A stretch of DNA of 64,000 nt from Parachlamydiales bacterium (lineage in GTDB: Bacteria; Chlamydiota; Chlamydiia; Chlamydiales; SM23-39): assembly GCA_019694475.1 (NCBI GenBank), contig JAIBBX010000007.1:9225-73224 (forward strand). Direction: 5' to 3'. The notes beneath the pieces were generated by a model. The model made no database searches. It saw only the letters and a list, made by a program, of their open reading frames with translations, and was not told the DNA's origin. Position numbers and translations under genes: made by a program. Each line of letters opens with the position of its first letter. The stretch's first letter is position 1. Shown here piece after piece: positions 62,937-64,000 of the stretch.

Positions 62937-63789
62937 GGGGCGCTTTTCTCGCGTAGCGGGCGCTGCCGACTCGGGGCTTGATTGCGACGGCGATATGAAA
63001 ATCGTGGCCGTTCGGGTGTTCAGTAAGAAAATGTCTCCTGCGGAAATCTTCCAGTTCGGTGGATCGTACTTTGAAAAACCAAACTTGCTCCACTTCCGGC
63101 CAGCTCGAAGGCTCCATCGAATAAAGCCCCTCGATTTCAAAGGAGAATTCTTTGTTCAGTCCATCGATTTCATTGAGATAATGGAAAGCCGCTTCTCTTG
63201 CGGAGATAACTGGAATGTGCGCTCCTTCTGGAGCGTCGAATAAATTGAAGTAAGGAGGGCGAATCAATCCTTGCGCCTTCAAATAGGGGAGCATCATAGT
63301 GATGAACCGATTGTCAATATCCAGATAAATGAAGCCCTGTCCATTTTTCTTAAGAGTTCCTTTGCCGCGGCAAAGGGAGCGGAATAGAAAGGTATTGCCC
63401 GGCACAGGCCTTGCCTTGGCCATTTCATGGGTCTCTATCAATAGATAGGGAATCGGCTCGGGATTTTTTTTGTCGAGGGCTCCTCTGGAGAAATAGCGGG
63501 GAGGGGAAAAGCTTGCGGGCGGCGGTTCAACAGGCGGGGTCAGTTTTGGGGATGTAGATAAGGGGATCGGTTTACTGTCAGTGAAATCAAACAGTCCCTC
63601 AAACCGCTCTCTTAAAGCGAGAAGCCGCTCGGCAGCCTGTTTTTTTGCCTTCATTTTCGGACGCGACTCAGCGTGAGGGGTCAATACAGAGCCGCCCCAA
63701 CCCATCCGGTACCGCTCTTTTTGCGGAACAACGTCCGGATCTAAATTCAAAAAATCCTTAGTAATTCTTGATAGAAATGGGGATCGCAT
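62902..63789 (-). CDS. Hypothetical protein (295 aa)
   Basis: A long ORF with a Pro-rich linker (LTPPVEPPPASFSPP). I recognised no family. Its 3' end overlaps the convergent GT8-like gene by 35 nt. Confidence 0.5.
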   Translation of the reverse strand: MRSPFLSRITKDFLNLDPDVVPQKERYRMGWGGSVLTPHAESRPKMKAKKQAAERLLALRERFEGLFDFTDSKPIPLSTSPKLTPPVEPPPASFSPPRYFSRGALDKKNPEPIPYLLIETHEMAKARPVPGNTFLFRSLCRGKGTLKKNGQGFIYLDIDNRFITMMLPYLKAQGLIRPPYFNLFDAPEGAHIPVISAREAAFHYLNEIDGLNKEFSFEIEGLYSMEPSSWPEVEQVWFFKVRSTELEDFRRRHFLTEHPNGHDFHIAVAIKPRVGSARYARKAPLMRVNVAFLVA

Positions 63790-64000
63790 AAAATATTTTA
63801 ATCGTTTTGCGCATAAAAACGAACTAAAATAATTTATATTACGTTAGTTGTGTGTAACAAATTTATTTCAAAACCGAAGTTACAGGGTAATATAGACAGT
63901 CGGGGTGTTACGCTTCCGCTCCCTCAGGCGAGAAGCTCGTCCATCGGGCCGATTCGCTAGCGCTCATCTGCTCTGCGAGAAAAAGGTCCATTCAAGGACC

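Noticed and set aside
63895-64000. tmRNA and RNase P RNA calls were considered for the terminal GC-rich segment.
   Set aside because: The 5' GGGGTGTTA resembles tmRNA starts, but the conserved GGNTTCGAC is absent. The P4-like GAGAAAAAGGTCC deviates from the universal GAGGAAAGTCC. The element is also cut by the window edge, so the evidence is insufficient.

Overview
This is a dense bacterial chromosomal window with about 60 supportable CDSs. I found no rRNA, tRNA, CRISPR array, transposase, integrase or phage genes. The gene content fits an environmental, amoeba-associated member of the Chlamydiota. That content includes a Cys/Pro-rich beta-barrel outer-membrane protein, a yhhQ-tgt queuine-salvage pair, glgB, Inc-like bilobed membrane proteins, eukaryote-like RING, prolyl-4-hydroxylase and TPR proteins, and fumC-mdh-gltA. 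The taxonomic call is inference from content only, because no database search was possible. The dominant accessory feature and my best candidate for an undescribed system is a 16-kb minus-strand cluster at 1256-17057. It encodes a signal-peptide prolyl 4-hydroxylase, a TpsB, a 2737-aa repeat-built TpsA exoprotein, a second 812-aa TpsA, a second TpsB and a DXD glycosyltransferase. Two of its junctions are ATGA-coupled. A third TpsA paralogue without its own transporter (34309-37164) lies directly behind two tandem ABC-2 exporter pairs. Other notable items follow. There is a 50-bp perfect inverted repeat at 18143-18248. A REP-like palindromic element family built from ACAGGATGG 9-mers occurs at 18875-18994 and 24923-24990. 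An MFS transporter is frameshifted and truncated. Three small tandem paralogues sit next to a TPR protein at 42223-44989. A low-GC island of orphan genes spans 47.2-51.4 kb. A membrane protein carries a RING-H2-like finger at 56662-57447. An OMP has a (C-P-x-K-P)n disulfide-ready head at 59968-61278. Domain boundaries and start codons are hand-derived and approximate. All family assignments rest on motifs I could read in the translations.
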